64,000 nucleotides of DNA, from IMG/VR virus record IMGVR_UViG_3300031998_000003, positions 184,670-248,669 of that record, one strand, 5' to 3'. Shown here piece by piece: positions 56,001 to 64,000 of the stretch; the stretch's first letter is position 1; each line of letters begins with the position of its first letter. The stretch is from a virus (taxonomy: Duplodnaviria > Caudoviricetes). The position numbers and the translations under genes are program-made. The notes below the pieces were generated by a model. That model ran no database searches. It worked only from the letters and a program-made list of their open reading frames with translations, and had not been told where the DNA came from.

Positions 56001-57146
56001 ATTCAATACACGAATTCCATTCTTATAAATGTAATAGATGTATTGTGACACAAGCACTGATTGCAGTGTCGAAATCTCAGCTGTATCGACATCGTCACTA
56101 CCAACAGATTGTGCAATTGATTCTGAATGACGTCGGTTTAGATCTGTGTGGAATGTTGTATCAATTGTCAGATTAAAATCGTCAATAGGTTTCTCAGTAG
56201 TCAATGTACCGTATCCAGAAATATGGTACGCTGTCCCAGTCAATGATTGCGTGATTGCTTTCAGATATCCAGGAATTATATCAACAATCGTTTTACGAAC
56301 CATTCCGTCAAATATTGCAGGCTGTCGTGTGTATTGGCCTTCAATATATGCCGAATAATCTTTCCGTGCGGGCATGCGACTTCTGTCGCCAAAGAGCTTC
56401 TTGAAGAATGGTAAATTGATCATTCTCGACAATAGTGTGTTCTGTACGTTTGTGATCCAAGAATGTGCCTTCTTATCAATCTCGCCTAATCCACTTTTAT
56501 CGATGACAGTTTTCAACAAACTTTGTCTCGTTGAAGTGAATTGATGTATAACCACATCGAATATAGTTCGAAGTGTAATATTTCCAGCTGCATCAAATAT
56601 GGAACCCATTCTGTCACGTTTTGCAAGTTTGGATTCTTCCAAACCAGCAATTCGATCTGTAATTTTCACCATACGTTGCAGCGTTGTTTGCGTTGTTTTC
56701 AAACTTGATAGAACTTCAGCTGACCGTTGGTCAATTGAGTTCAATATTTCAGCCGTTGTATGAAGATGTGCGTTATACGTTTGATTTGCAACACGATACA
56801 TCTCTCGTGTTTGACCAACACCTATATCGCGCATCTCTTTCGAGTCCAATGCTTTGGTATGCTTATCATCTTCATCTTTCGATGCATTAAAACCAGCATC
56901 GAAATCATCGTCGTCTTCCGCAAAAGAGGAATTTTCACCAAACGATTCTTTTTGGTTGAACCAATTTGTGACAGAACGCATCATTTCACCGGTTTTGAAA
57001 TACCGTATGATGTCACGTGTTGTCTTCACACCACCCATGACGGTACTACGGACTTCAATTGCAGTGGATGCTATGTCAGCAATGTCTCTAGCGGTTGATG
57101 AAACTTTTGTGATGTCATTCAAAAATCCAACCATTAAGTTCGGCAT
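50040..57146 (-). CDS. Tape-measure/tail lysin giant A (two tail-lysozyme-like domains and an NlpC/CHAP-like domain)
   Basis: FDGMVRKTIVDIIPGYLKAI motif; hydrophobic tape-measure-like helices; GLTGAQVA..WEDGG..GIMNW..QLQYI; MCTG..GDI..HAHM; GMSGIGAAGMMGCFKYESNF..GYGIPQFT. Confidence 0.8.
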   Translation of the reverse strand: MPNLMVGFLNDITKVSSTARDIADIASTAIEVRSTVMGGVKTTRDIIRYFKTGEMMRSVTNWFNQKESFGENSSFAEDDDDFDAGFNASKDEDDKHTKALDSKEMRDIGVGQTREMYRVANQTYNAHLHTTAEILNSIDQRSAEVLSSLKTTQTTLQRMVKITDRIAGLEESKLAKRDRMGSIFDAAGNITLRTIFDVVIHQFTSTRQSLLKTVIDKSGLGEIDKKAHSWITNVQNTLLSRMINLPFFKKLFGDRSRMPARKDYSAYIEGQYTRQPAIFDGMVRKTIVDIIPGYLKAITQSLTGTAYHISGYGTLTTEKPIDDFNLTIDTTFHTDLNRRHSESIAQSVGSDDVDTAEISTLQSVLVSQYIYYIYKNGIRVLNERELTNGGIHSIHTHVANIFSNHTKHKYSYWLKLISFIEAKLVADKTYRQSFVRSVNSGFNRLNEAAKQVVNERAVQNTQFTREAFDKHAADLIGYDNRFAEFEGKTPFELIRQGLITEDELPEKYRKNLFKKIDSLADFHNEVRKSGYDSAGNLLSDTLLRKYSLLNSIFERLNKGINVYVVPPNYTETTEIAININAIAIPYPTSTDKVTIDVTLPDPPKPGDKPETPTDKLANSAKKLVNTVKSKGAGLFNPIKSAAMNEWSKMKSDATMIRDQAVDSIGDSFDRTLLNDDIRRLSESDKDQDGKDVTTIKAVMAGLQTSAEDGDVKGDIGSLRDMASEIEDPEAKKRIESIIQRTSESVGKPKKAKSFLGKAFLLVFGAFKTATKKVTSVLGSLLGKYVKWVTKMFKSAGKNIISGAKSIKEGFVGKKDGEQKGIIRDSIAWGKKKISDIKNSQAAQNIRDTGGYLADTAKTLVGMGKQKASDIWNSTSVKNLREAGGYAVDTVKTLGGLAADKAKDAASKVADKVKPYAEKAGKGAINIAGKIGGVALIAKDKVANSSFGKGFASVFEDEKPEITSTSLFDKRAADISDIVKESPTGSLFATLVSAVKKYTESMVDFVDMITDSDTDNAKENVKKKQQERAEAEKKKKEEEEKKKKEEEERKKKEAEEAAAKKASAKSPIGFDLGKMVGGMTKILQGIMKSVSTIVKSMTGLMAILELGDQILKKALKPLNKVFFQIYNLLKPIVKLVTKILKAVAEAIVKIVDSLIKVLQPILDAIEPIISSLLETLMPILEMVTDLVNILIVPMTALIKVTLIPLLQHIGNSLQIMLGIVQVGFGIILTALGGWLAATGMILKFITAGFAGDSMKETGTQLFNMGKQMVTSGAQSVVKGIKSELVMIKDTALNAITFGQANAGLDDDDEDESKSTRSKNTKLRGSALEGTYGSGDEDALYSLGDGLKDAIKTMKGTGQKFLTAFTPEDDDDDFTNGAFKELQKLANKVVNVFTGEDDDTVSEKLDKASKAESSEQLKYTAADLTDEEKAQIEAKAFENFQKDFPQRSTETNEEYKKRYESYKQKYVDAATAEYLKEKQDKALNGEDGGAMSIINSTSGDDGMISSFQSGMESVDNSVQSGQFGEMVSEWAANREDGESSGTRRKKRRSGSNQDYIEFTGQLAQGNIWDSHKNKAGVDKFMKTAFSAGLTGAQVATITSTGIWEDGGEKLWGSKSLTATTYDVNGQRAQGIMNWVDKNVDYGDTVEEQLQYIQRTYFSSSTNDSRAKVHKNSYWDQDEAGYKKATARSGFKLQDGERYGPPMESDLVEGSEHFFRTALVPACIHTAEGPRKYIGTAAGVYNWLIDQGYIDVGDYDEEYYEDDDEGTSSSRKKGNGKDRVLRAASELFLAAKEAQDRDHGPYGHGAYIKNIKFDDGQTIDMMSAMCTGTQAAIVKRMGYYLPAASGKSYTSTYQGDYAMGWANGTPSGWGVNNSDGHPNIYEKNGKKSKDWIVTNDGSYQAGDITLPGTTWGDKSQTMWHAHMAAFQYGGKWYGFNGGDPTNNSESVKGQNIAKFYLSHGRMPRDGDDIDISKYNSSGYLQNYGGKTGVVIRYVGGSDDDDYEETTTTSKKKKTTKLTGNSTEEKVYKYLTSKGMSGIGAAGMMGCFKYESNFQSNNLENSYQAKWGYPAGDAGDKQYTSDVDSKRESEKQFVTSRGTGTCGYGIPQFTSSNLKQDLYNRTVKKGKSISDTSSQLDSILYHIKKNSKVNGTTLFDKIKRASSPTEANKWFLWRYEAGTSYNSDAAVAKAYPWMGMTGINNRHTAAEQYYDMFGSGMDDEDYMTYDDAIEDPSYVESIQDELMSLSDQQDYIYDGLDDADIELPVGDDVLIPTLFDSNFGMDDNFQIPALPSNFTSQPQSSALIINRFSTSGFDLSEYIDEVLVNDYNVEAPRINELVNEIFEELPEYLEDDDDDFTEEDDLFIQQLASAFL

Positions 57147-57180
57147 ACTTATTCACTCCTTTCGTTTAAAATGATAGAAT

Positions 57181-57206
57181 GGATTGGGCTCGAATGAGCC
57201 CAATCT
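57181..57206 (-). terminator. Hairpin between the two giants
   Basis: GGATTGGGCTC-GAAT-GAGCCCAATCT; no strong U tract. Confidence 0.5.
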
Positions 57207-57225
57207 CATCCCATCTCTATCGTTA

Positions 57226-60200
57226 TTACCCTACAGACAATCTTTCGACTGAGTGCGGGATATCATCAGTGGAGAAGTTGCTAGCATCTGCAGAAGGATT
57301 CGATAATCCCAATGAGCTAGCTGATTGTTGATTACGTTTTCGTTGATTCCTCTCCTTCATCAACGTTAGCATGTTTTCGAGTATTGATTCGATTTTCTCA
57401 GAGCGTACATTATACGTGTTCGTCAAAATAGCCATGACCGGATCATCACCATCTACAGGCTGTTGTGCAGCGTACTGATTTACGATGATTGGTGCACCAT
57501 TTGATGTATCAGCAGACTCTGTCATCGCAGTAATCTGATCCATAATGGTACCACCAAGATCCATATCTGGTATAATCGTTGAGCTATCAATATCACCGTT
57601 TCCAACTATTCTAACACCGCTCAGATACTCATCGCCGGATTTATCGATATCTTTGTAGTATTTGTCGAAAGATTTGCCCTTATTTACTTTCCATAAATAC
57701 TTATTATCATTATTGGTCCAAGAATCGATAATGGATGGCCATCCTTTAACTTTTCGCATAGCAGTTGTAGTATCCGGATATCCTCTTAGATTACTCCAGA
57801 ATGTTCTGGCTCTTTTATCAAATAACCAATGGAATCGTTTATTATCTCTGGGATCACTCGTGCCTCTCATGATATGTCCGAGTTTATCCTGCATCGTTCT
57901 ATCAGACCAATTTCCGGCATTTGAAAAACCGTGCTTTTTCCAGAATGTATTAGCCCAACCACGCGATGCATAATATCTTTCGAAAAACGCATTCGGATCT
58001 TCCCAACCGTTGTAATATGTCTTACCGTTCTTTGTTGTGACAGGCCAATTTAAACCTTTGCCTTTAGCTGCAGCTTCCATAAGAGCGGCATTCGAATCAA
58101 CAACAGCTGTAGTCCCACCATCATTTTTCTTTCCACCAGACGAAGTGTTAGGTGGTGGATTTGCTTTAACGTAGCGCTTACATTTCTTTCCGGACGAATA
58201 CTCGTTAAAATTGTACATCCATACGATTGTACCCTTTTTCCCAGGAATATTCGCGGTGTAATATGGTAAATAATCAGAGTGGTTCCTCTTCCAAGCCTCG
58301 TCAGCCGAAGTGTTGCCACTTGGTATATACCAGTTTGCAAGTTTCGTTCCAGCTTTGTTGGTGACATGACCAGAAGTGCTTGTCGACTTTTTCCAGTAAT
58401 AAGGAACGCCATCTCCGTCGTCGTTGGCTTTAGCAGACGATGTAGCTGCATCAACACCAGCTGCAGTCATGGCTTCAGCATCTTCATCACTGAATAGAGG
58501 TTCCTCATCATCATACCAGTCATCATCTTCATCCCAATCTTCATCGTCACCGCCCATGAATGTGACAGGATCACCAACGTATCTGACATAATACTGTAAC
58601 GGTCCCGCAATTGCACCGATCTGATCAGATACATTATGATCATGACAACCATCTTTGTCGACATTCAGAGTAGATGTTTCATTGTAAGCAACATCATCAG
58701 GTATCTTACCATTTTCAAGGTAATATTGTGCGAGTTTGATTGAGTTTGCAGATGAGTCGTCAGCACCGCCGTTGAAACCAAGTATTGTTCCATTTGTCGC
58801 CTTGAATACAGGCATGTGCGCGTGTGCGTTTCCTGTACCCGTAAACATGATGTCACCTGGTTTCCACGAAGAAACAGGACCTGTTTCCCAGTCATCCGAG
58901 ATTGAACCATCCTTGTTGTAGATCTTAGCCTTTCCGGTTGTACCAGATACACCCCATTTTTGAGCAACGTTTCCACCCATCTGGTCTTCACCTTGATAGG
59001 TTTCTGTAAATCCAGTACCAGGATATGTATAGTATCCCATACGTTTTACAACAGCACCCATCATGGAAGTGCAATGTGTAGGCGCAATTTTGTCAATCAC
59101 AAAGCCGTCATCAAATGTGATGTTCTTTGCAGATGTCACGTTGTGATACAGATGACCTGGGTCGCTGGAGGCTTCTGCAGCTTTCACGAAGACTTCAGAT
59201 GCTGCACGAATCATTGCTTCTTCTGGATCCAATGTGATAGAGCCATTCTTACCACCACCACGTTTATATTTGAAGAACGTGAATGGGTTCTGAATCTCGT
59301 TATTCTCATCACGAATTTCATAGTGCAGTCTATCACCGGATTGAACAAGTGATGTGTCACCATGTGATTTGTCACTCTGCTTCAAGATGGTTTGAGATGA
59401 ACCAGAATTACCCATCGTGCCGATGACGTCACCGCCTTCAATCTCGTCACCCTTAGATACTTTGATGTCTTTCAGATGTGCATAGATATGATAGTCTCCA
59501 CCAATATCCTGGATCTTTACGTAGTTACCGAAGTGGTCATTTCCTTTGACAACTTCAACAACACGTCCACCAGTTGTTGCGTGAATTTCTGGGTTTCCAC
59601 CGATTGTGAAATCTGCACCAGAGTGTTCTTCACCACGAGTACCGACCATGTCGTCATTAACAGGATCAAGATACTTCTTGAAGGCACCTGTGATTTTGAT
59701 CGTTGGTGCAACCGTATTTCTGAAGAACTCATCGAGAATAAGTTTATAAGAAGTCTGAGGAGCATTACGCGACCATCCTGAACCTTTGTTCTTACGAACT
59801 TCAGGCTCATACATATCGGTCCAAAGAATTGCACCATTGTCGGATTCGTAACGTGCAGCACCCTTTTCCTTCTTAGATTTACTAGAAGAAGACTCGAGCA
59901 ACGACTGAAGACCACCGGCCTGAACAGAATCATCGACTGCAGAAATTGCACTAGAGAAGCTGTCGATCATACCAGGATTGTTCTCATCACCGAGCGTAGA
60001 ATTGATCAACGACATAGCGCCTTCATCAGATCCATCAGCAGAAGCTTTTACCTTCTCTTTGACCTTTTCAGCAGCTGCCATTGCCCAATACTTTTGCTTG
60101 TATTTCTGATAACGTTTCTCGAAATCGGCGTCAGATTCACCCTCGTATCGTCCATGTTCTTTCTCGAACAATTCACGAGCACGCTTATCAATTTCAGCTT

Positions 60201-63200
60201 GTTCTTCTTCCGTCATATCAGCCGTCTCATATTGCATACGATCGTACTCGTTCTTTTCCTCTTCCTTTGCAAGAGCATCTTCGACAGAAGATTCGCTGGA
60301 GAATATATCAATAATAGATTTTGCGATCGACTTGAGAGATCCTAATGCTTCCTGGACTTCATCACTGAATGCATACGGTGCATTCTCATCACCAGAACCA
60401 TACAGACCCATGACAGAACTTGTTGCAAGAGAATTGATGTTCTTGCGTTCAATCTTTCCACTCATCGGATTGGATACATAAGCTGTACCATGAGAATCGG
60501 ATCCAATGACGTTCATGTAGTGGTTATTTCCATTACGAGTTGTGAACGAAGGACCAGATCCAACAATCGTGATTGGATTACTTGGAGACGCATGTCTGAG
60601 TGAAGTAGAAGTAACACCACCAGGTGTCAGATTCATACCAAGTGCTCGTGAAGTCTTGATATAACCACTGACGGAAGTTCCTGCATTCTGTGAGTATGTG
60701 CCTGCAGAATTCATTGTAGCAGCCAACTGAGCAGCATCAACACTACGACCGGTACGACGTGCATAAGCATCAGCAATTGCAACAGGACCACAACCACGTT
60801 TTGCCATGTTGAGGTACGTACCATACTTGCGTTGACTTGCACCGGCTCCACCAAATGTTTCATCGAGACTCTCATCACCAGAACCATAGGTTCCTTCAAG
60901 TGCAGAACCACGAAGTTCAGTGTTCTTCTTTTTCTTGGTTTTCTTTTCTTCTTCCTTGTCTTCTTCTTTACCAGTATTCATGACATCTTTGATCGTCTCA
61001 CCAAACAGTGAGATGCTCTTCTTCATACCAGATACAACGGATTGTGCACCTGATTTCACCATGCTAGTACCAGTATCGAAGAGTTGTTTACCTGTATCCT
61101 TAATGCCTTCCGAACCAGTCAGGAATTTAACGATTGAACCAACCGCAATCAAGATACCACCCAACGCAGTGAGGATAATACCCATGCCAACTTGGACAAT
61201 ACCAAGAAGGATTTCAAGCGTATTACCGATCATTTTCAATGTCGGTATAACTGTAACTTTTAGCATTGCAGTCAAAGGAACAATCAATACATTCACCAAT
61301 CCAGTTACCATATCAAGCAATGGCATCAAAGTTTCAAGCAATGAGGCAATGATAGGTTCGATTGCCTCGAGAATCGGTTGAATAAACTTGATGACAGATT
61401 GTACGATTTCAACAACATAACCGACAATCTCTTTCAAAAGACGTGTGACGGTCTTGACGATCGGTTGGAGTGCTTTGTAGATTGCTTGGAAAGCTTTGTT
61501 CAACGGTTTCAATGATTTCTTCAGAATATCCATTCCGAGATTCATGATTGCCTTGGCACCTTCCATAGACATGATAACAGTCAAAACTGCTTGGCCGATA
61601 CCGAAGAGGATCTTCGACATACCGCCTAACATTTTACCGATATCAAATCCCATACCACCAGCATTACCACCGCCAAGCAAGCCTTTGATCTTTCCGCCGA
61701 GTCCACCACCGCCTTGCTGAGCGCCTCCTGCAGAAGCTCCACCACCAGCTGCTCCTCCACCGCCGGAAGATTCAGCAGCAGGAGCAGCTGCTTCGCCGCC
61801 TCCGCCACTACCACTACCAAGTTCAACAGTTGATGATCCCTCTGAAGATCCCGAAGACTCAGAAGATGAAGATTCGTCACTGGAAGATTCACCTTCGTTC
61901 TCATTGACAACCGTAGAGCTGTTGTCTTCAGATTCTTCTTTTTTCTCATCTTCGTTGATCTTGTTGTTGATGGTTTCGAATGTGTCGCTCAAAACAGTGA
62001 TGATATTCGAAATAGCAGTCTCAGCTCCACCTTCACCCTTACCATCAACATCCTTCAATATTTCGGCAATGGTTTTGGTAGCGACGTCTGCTGCAGTTTT
62101 TGGTTCAGGATTCTTTTTCTTTTCTTCCTCAGCAGGATCCTTCCATGCTTCCATGAATCCTTTACCAAAGTTACTGTTTTCGAATTTTGTCTTCAGATTG
62201 CCCATCTTCTCAGAGATGTTATCTTTCGCAATCAATGCAGCACCACCGACTTTTCCAGCAGTATCGATGGCCTTATCTTTGACCGCTTTGGTGATATCCG
62301 AGATGATTCCGGGTTGTTTCCACCATTCAACGAACTTACCTGCAGCATCCTTGGCTTTGTCTACACCAAGTCCACCGAGAGTCTTAGCAGCATCAAGCGC
62401 ATCACTTCCAGCACTCCGGAGATTCTTCATCGAAGTACTATTCCAGATTTGACCTGCTTTTTGTTTACCCCATGCGATTGAGTCTTGGAGTAATCCCGTG
62501 GTACCAGCCTTAGCAACAATACGATTCCCGTTTTCATCGACGGCATATCCTTCAGAATCGGCGGGTTCTCCTTCTTGAGCTTTACGGTATTGCGTCTTGG
62601 ATCCGATAAAGCCTTCTTTTACAGCTTTTGCACCAGTTGTGATTTTCTTAAAGCTGGACTTCAAACTATTGATGATCGGTGTTACGATGCTTTTGCCAAA
62701 TTTACCTAAGAAGGTTTTTGCTTTGGTGAAAACACCGCCCAAGAATTTCTTGGCAATGCCAAAGGCCCACATCAAGATTCCGCCAATCTTTGATTTGGCA
62801 GGTTTCTTGTTTTCAGAACGTTTGAGAGTTGATGTAACAACTCTTTCCAAACGTGCTTTCAATTTTGGATCTTTGATTTCAGAAATCTGTGCAGAGATAG
62901 CAGCCAGATCTTCCTGGGTATCACCATCAGATGCAGCTGTTTGCATTGCCGCAAGGATTTCATTTGCCTTTTCCTTGTCACCATTGGCATCATCCATGTC
63001 ATTGACGTCACTTTGAATAAGTGTTCTGTCAGACCAGTCGGCTGCTTTACCAAGAGCATTGTCTGTCCAGTTCGAAGCATCTTCCTTGAGATTCTCGAAT
63101 TCTGTCGCGATGGCATTTTTCGCTGTACTAACAATACTACCCGGATTCTTAACAGCATTGACAACATTTGTTGCAAGATTCTTAGCATTTGCAGCAAGCT

Positions 63201-64000
63201 TATCCGTTGCAGTACCAATCTTATCTTGTTCTTGATTCTGCTCAGCAGGTTGTTGATCATCTTTCGGTTGGTCATTTTCACTGCCTTCAGCACCAGTTTC
63301 TACGTGAGATGGTGATGCTTGTTCTGGAGTCTGTTTTGGTGGTGCATTATTGTTATCAACGATATCAACGTCTGGTACCGGAGCACTCACTGATGGCGTA
63401 CCCATGGCAGCCTTCTGAAGTTTCATCTTTTCAAACGGCTTTTTCTGTTTGACTGCGAATACATTTACACCACGATTCAAGATTTCAAAGATGGATGCCA
63501 GATAATCAGCAGTGCTTTCAGCAGCAGTTCTGATAGAAGGTTGACCACTTGACACGATTTCTGATTGGCGAGCTCGTTTCAGCTTTGCCTGACGAATTGC
63601 TTCATCAGAAACACGATCTGAACGTTTTGCACCAGGTGGCATATCAGCTTCAGTGATTTCTTTCGCACGAATGAGATCATCATACGTTCGTGTATCACCG
63701 CCGGTATCGGAAACATTCTGAATATGTTCTTCCAATGCATCGACGATCATATCATGTGACAGTGAACCTATATCATCGATGAATGTTGCAGTCTGGGCAT
63801 ATTCTTCACCAGCAATATCAGTTTGACGTACCGTCTGATTGATTGCACGAACAAACGATTCACGTATTTGTGAGTTTGAATCAAATGATGCATTGATCAG
63901 CGTGATAACCTTCATCCAGTATGATGCTGGTTTATTTGTTTTCCGCCCCAGCATCTTAGCAGCTTCAGCATTGATCACGTCGTCTCCGCCATTCTTCAAA
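57226..64000 (-). CDS. Tape-measure/tail lysin giant B (C39-like, M23 and NlpC/CHAP-like domains); 5' end beyond window
   Basis: Paralog of 50040; GCGPVAIA...HYMNVIG..YVSNP (C39-like); HSGADF..FGNYVKI..YAHL..GTMGNSG..LHYEI (M23); HCTSMM..GDI..HAHM. Confidence 0.8.
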   Translation of the reverse strand, partial: LKNGGDDVINAEAAKMLGRKTNKPASYWMKVITLINASFDSNSQIRESFVRAINQTVRQTDIAGEEYAQTATFIDDIGSLSHDMIVDALEEHIQNVSDTGGDTRTYDDLIRAKEITEADMPPGAKRSDRVSDEAIRQAKLKRARQSEIVSSGQPSIRTAAESTADYLASIFEILNRGVNVFAVKQKKPFEKMKLQKAAMGTPSVSAPVPDVDIVDNNNAPPKQTPEQASPSHVETGAEGSENDQPKDDQQPAEQNQEQDKIGTATDKLAANAKNLATNVVNAVKNPGSIVSTAKNAIATEFENLKEDASNWTDNALGKAADWSDRTLIQSDVNDMDDANGDKEKANEILAAMQTAASDGDTQEDLAAISAQISEIKDPKLKARLERVVTSTLKRSENKKPAKSKIGGILMWAFGIAKKFLGGVFTKAKTFLGKFGKSIVTPIINSLKSSFKKITTGAKAVKEGFIGSKTQYRKAQEGEPADSEGYAVDENGNRIVAKAGTTGLLQDSIAWGKQKAGQIWNSTSMKNLRSAGSDALDAAKTLGGLGVDKAKDAAGKFVEWWKQPGIISDITKAVKDKAIDTAGKVGGAALIAKDNISEKMGNLKTKFENSNFGKGFMEAWKDPAEEEKKKNPEPKTAADVATKTIAEILKDVDGKGEGGAETAISNIITVLSDTFETINNKINEDEKKEESEDNSSTVVNENEGESSSDESSSSESSGSSEGSSTVELGSGSGGGGEAAAPAAESSGGGGAAGGGASAGGAQQGGGGLGGKIKGLLGGGNAGGMGFDIGKMLGGMSKILFGIGQAVLTVIMSMEGAKAIMNLGMDILKKSLKPLNKAFQAIYKALQPIVKTVTRLLKEIVGYVVEIVQSVIKFIQPILEAIEPIIASLLETLMPLLDMVTGLVNVLIVPLTAMLKVTVIPTLKMIGNTLEILLGIVQVGMGIILTALGGILIAVGSIVKFLTGSEGIKDTGKQLFDTGTSMVKSGAQSVVSGMKKSISLFGETIKDVMNTGKEEDKEEEKKTKKKKNTELRGSALEGTYGSGDESLDETFGGAGASQRKYGTYLNMAKRGCGPVAIADAYARRTGRSVDAAQLAATMNSAGTYSQNAGTSVSGYIKTSRALGMNLTPGGVTSTSLRHASPSNPITIVGSGPSFTTRNGNNHYMNVIGSDSHGTAYVSNPMSGKIERKNINSLATSSVMGLYGSGDENAPYAFSDEVQEALGSLKSIAKSIIDIFSSESSVEDALAKEEEKNEYDRMQYETADMTEEEQAEIDKRARELFEKEHGRYEGESDADFEKRYQKYKQKYWAMAAAEKVKEKVKASADGSDEGAMSLINSTLGDENNPGMIDSFSSAISAVDDSVQAGGLQSLLESSSSKSKKEKGAARYESDNGAILWTDMYEPEVRKNKGSGWSRNAPQTSYKLILDEFFRNTVAPTIKITGAFKKYLDPVNDDMVGTRGEEHSGADFTIGGNPEIHATTGGRVVEVVKGNDHFGNYVKIQDIGGDYHIYAHLKDIKVSKGDEIEGGDVIGTMGNSGSSQTILKQSDKSHGDTSLVQSGDRLHYEIRDENNEIQNPFTFFKYKRGGGKNGSITLDPEEAMIRAASEVFVKAAEASSDPGHLYHNVTSAKNITFDDGFVIDKIAPTHCTSMMGAVVKRMGYYTYPGTGFTETYQGEDQMGGNVAQKWGVSGTTGKAKIYNKDGSISDDWETGPVSSWKPGDIMFTGTGNAHAHMPVFKATNGTILGFNGGADDSSANSIKLAQYYLENGKIPDDVAYNETSTLNVDKDGCHDHNVSDQIGAIAGPLQYYVRYVGDPVTFMGGDDEDWDEDDDWYDDEEPLFSDEDAEAMTAAGVDAATSSAKANDDGDGVPYYWKKSTSTSGHVTNKAGTKLANWYIPSGNTSADEAWKRNHSDYLPYYTANIPGKKGTIVWMYNFNEYSSGKKCKRYVKANPPPNTSSGGKKNDGGTTAVVDSNAALMEAAAKGKGLNWPVTTKNGKTYYNGWEDPNAFFERYYASRGWANTFWKKHGFSNAGNWSDRTMQDKLGHIMRGTSDPRDNKRFHWLFDKRARTFWSNLRGYPDTTTAMRKVKGWPSIIDSWTNNDNKYLWKVNKGKSFDKYYKDIDKSGDEYLSGVRIVGNGDIDSSTIIPDMDLGGTIMDQITAMTESADTSNGAPIIVNQYAAQQPVDGDDPVMAILTNTYNVRSEKIESILENMLTLMKERNQRKRNQQSASSLGLSNPSADASNFSTDDIPHSVERLSVG

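Noticed and set aside
1-64000. Stop-codon recoding, uracil-DNA, or phage nucleus genes (chimallin, PhuZ)
   Set aside because: Genes are intact under the standard code; base modification is invisible in sequence; no such genes recognised here

Overview
A 64 kb gene-dense segment of a jumbo myophage genome with PBS1/AR9/phiKZ-like biology, most likely infecting a Gram-positive Firmicute (inferred from SH3b, CHAP, M15B/VanY, M23 and tail-lysozyme domains). It contains a tail sheath gene running off the left edge and two split RNA polymerase beta-prime subunits: a catalytic GGDYDGD N-half, probably virion RNAP, and a Zn-site/trigger-loop C-half, probably non-virion RNAP. It also encodes a divergent GyrB, a degenerate PIN/H3TH nuclease, a BCS1-like AAA ATPase, an AT-richer tail-fibre cassette, baseplate wedge and fibre genes, RusA, head proteins with probable prohead-protease sites and an HU-like protein. 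Two tandem paralogous tape-measure/tail-lysin giants (>2200 aa) carry different hydrolase cassettes delimited by a G-S-G-D motif. Two promoter classes can be read directly: TATATTATT before non-virion genes and (A/G/C)AC(A/G)-N6-T(A/G) before virion genes. These promoters expose the most interesting elements: an early-promoter-driven tandem pair of structured non-coding RNAs (26704-26970) and a late-promoter-driven ~150 nt multi-hairpin RNA (6357-6206, minus). Standard genetic code; no tRNA, CRISPR, IS element, intron or reverse transcriptase recognised. All protein assignments come from motif recognition by eye, not database searches.
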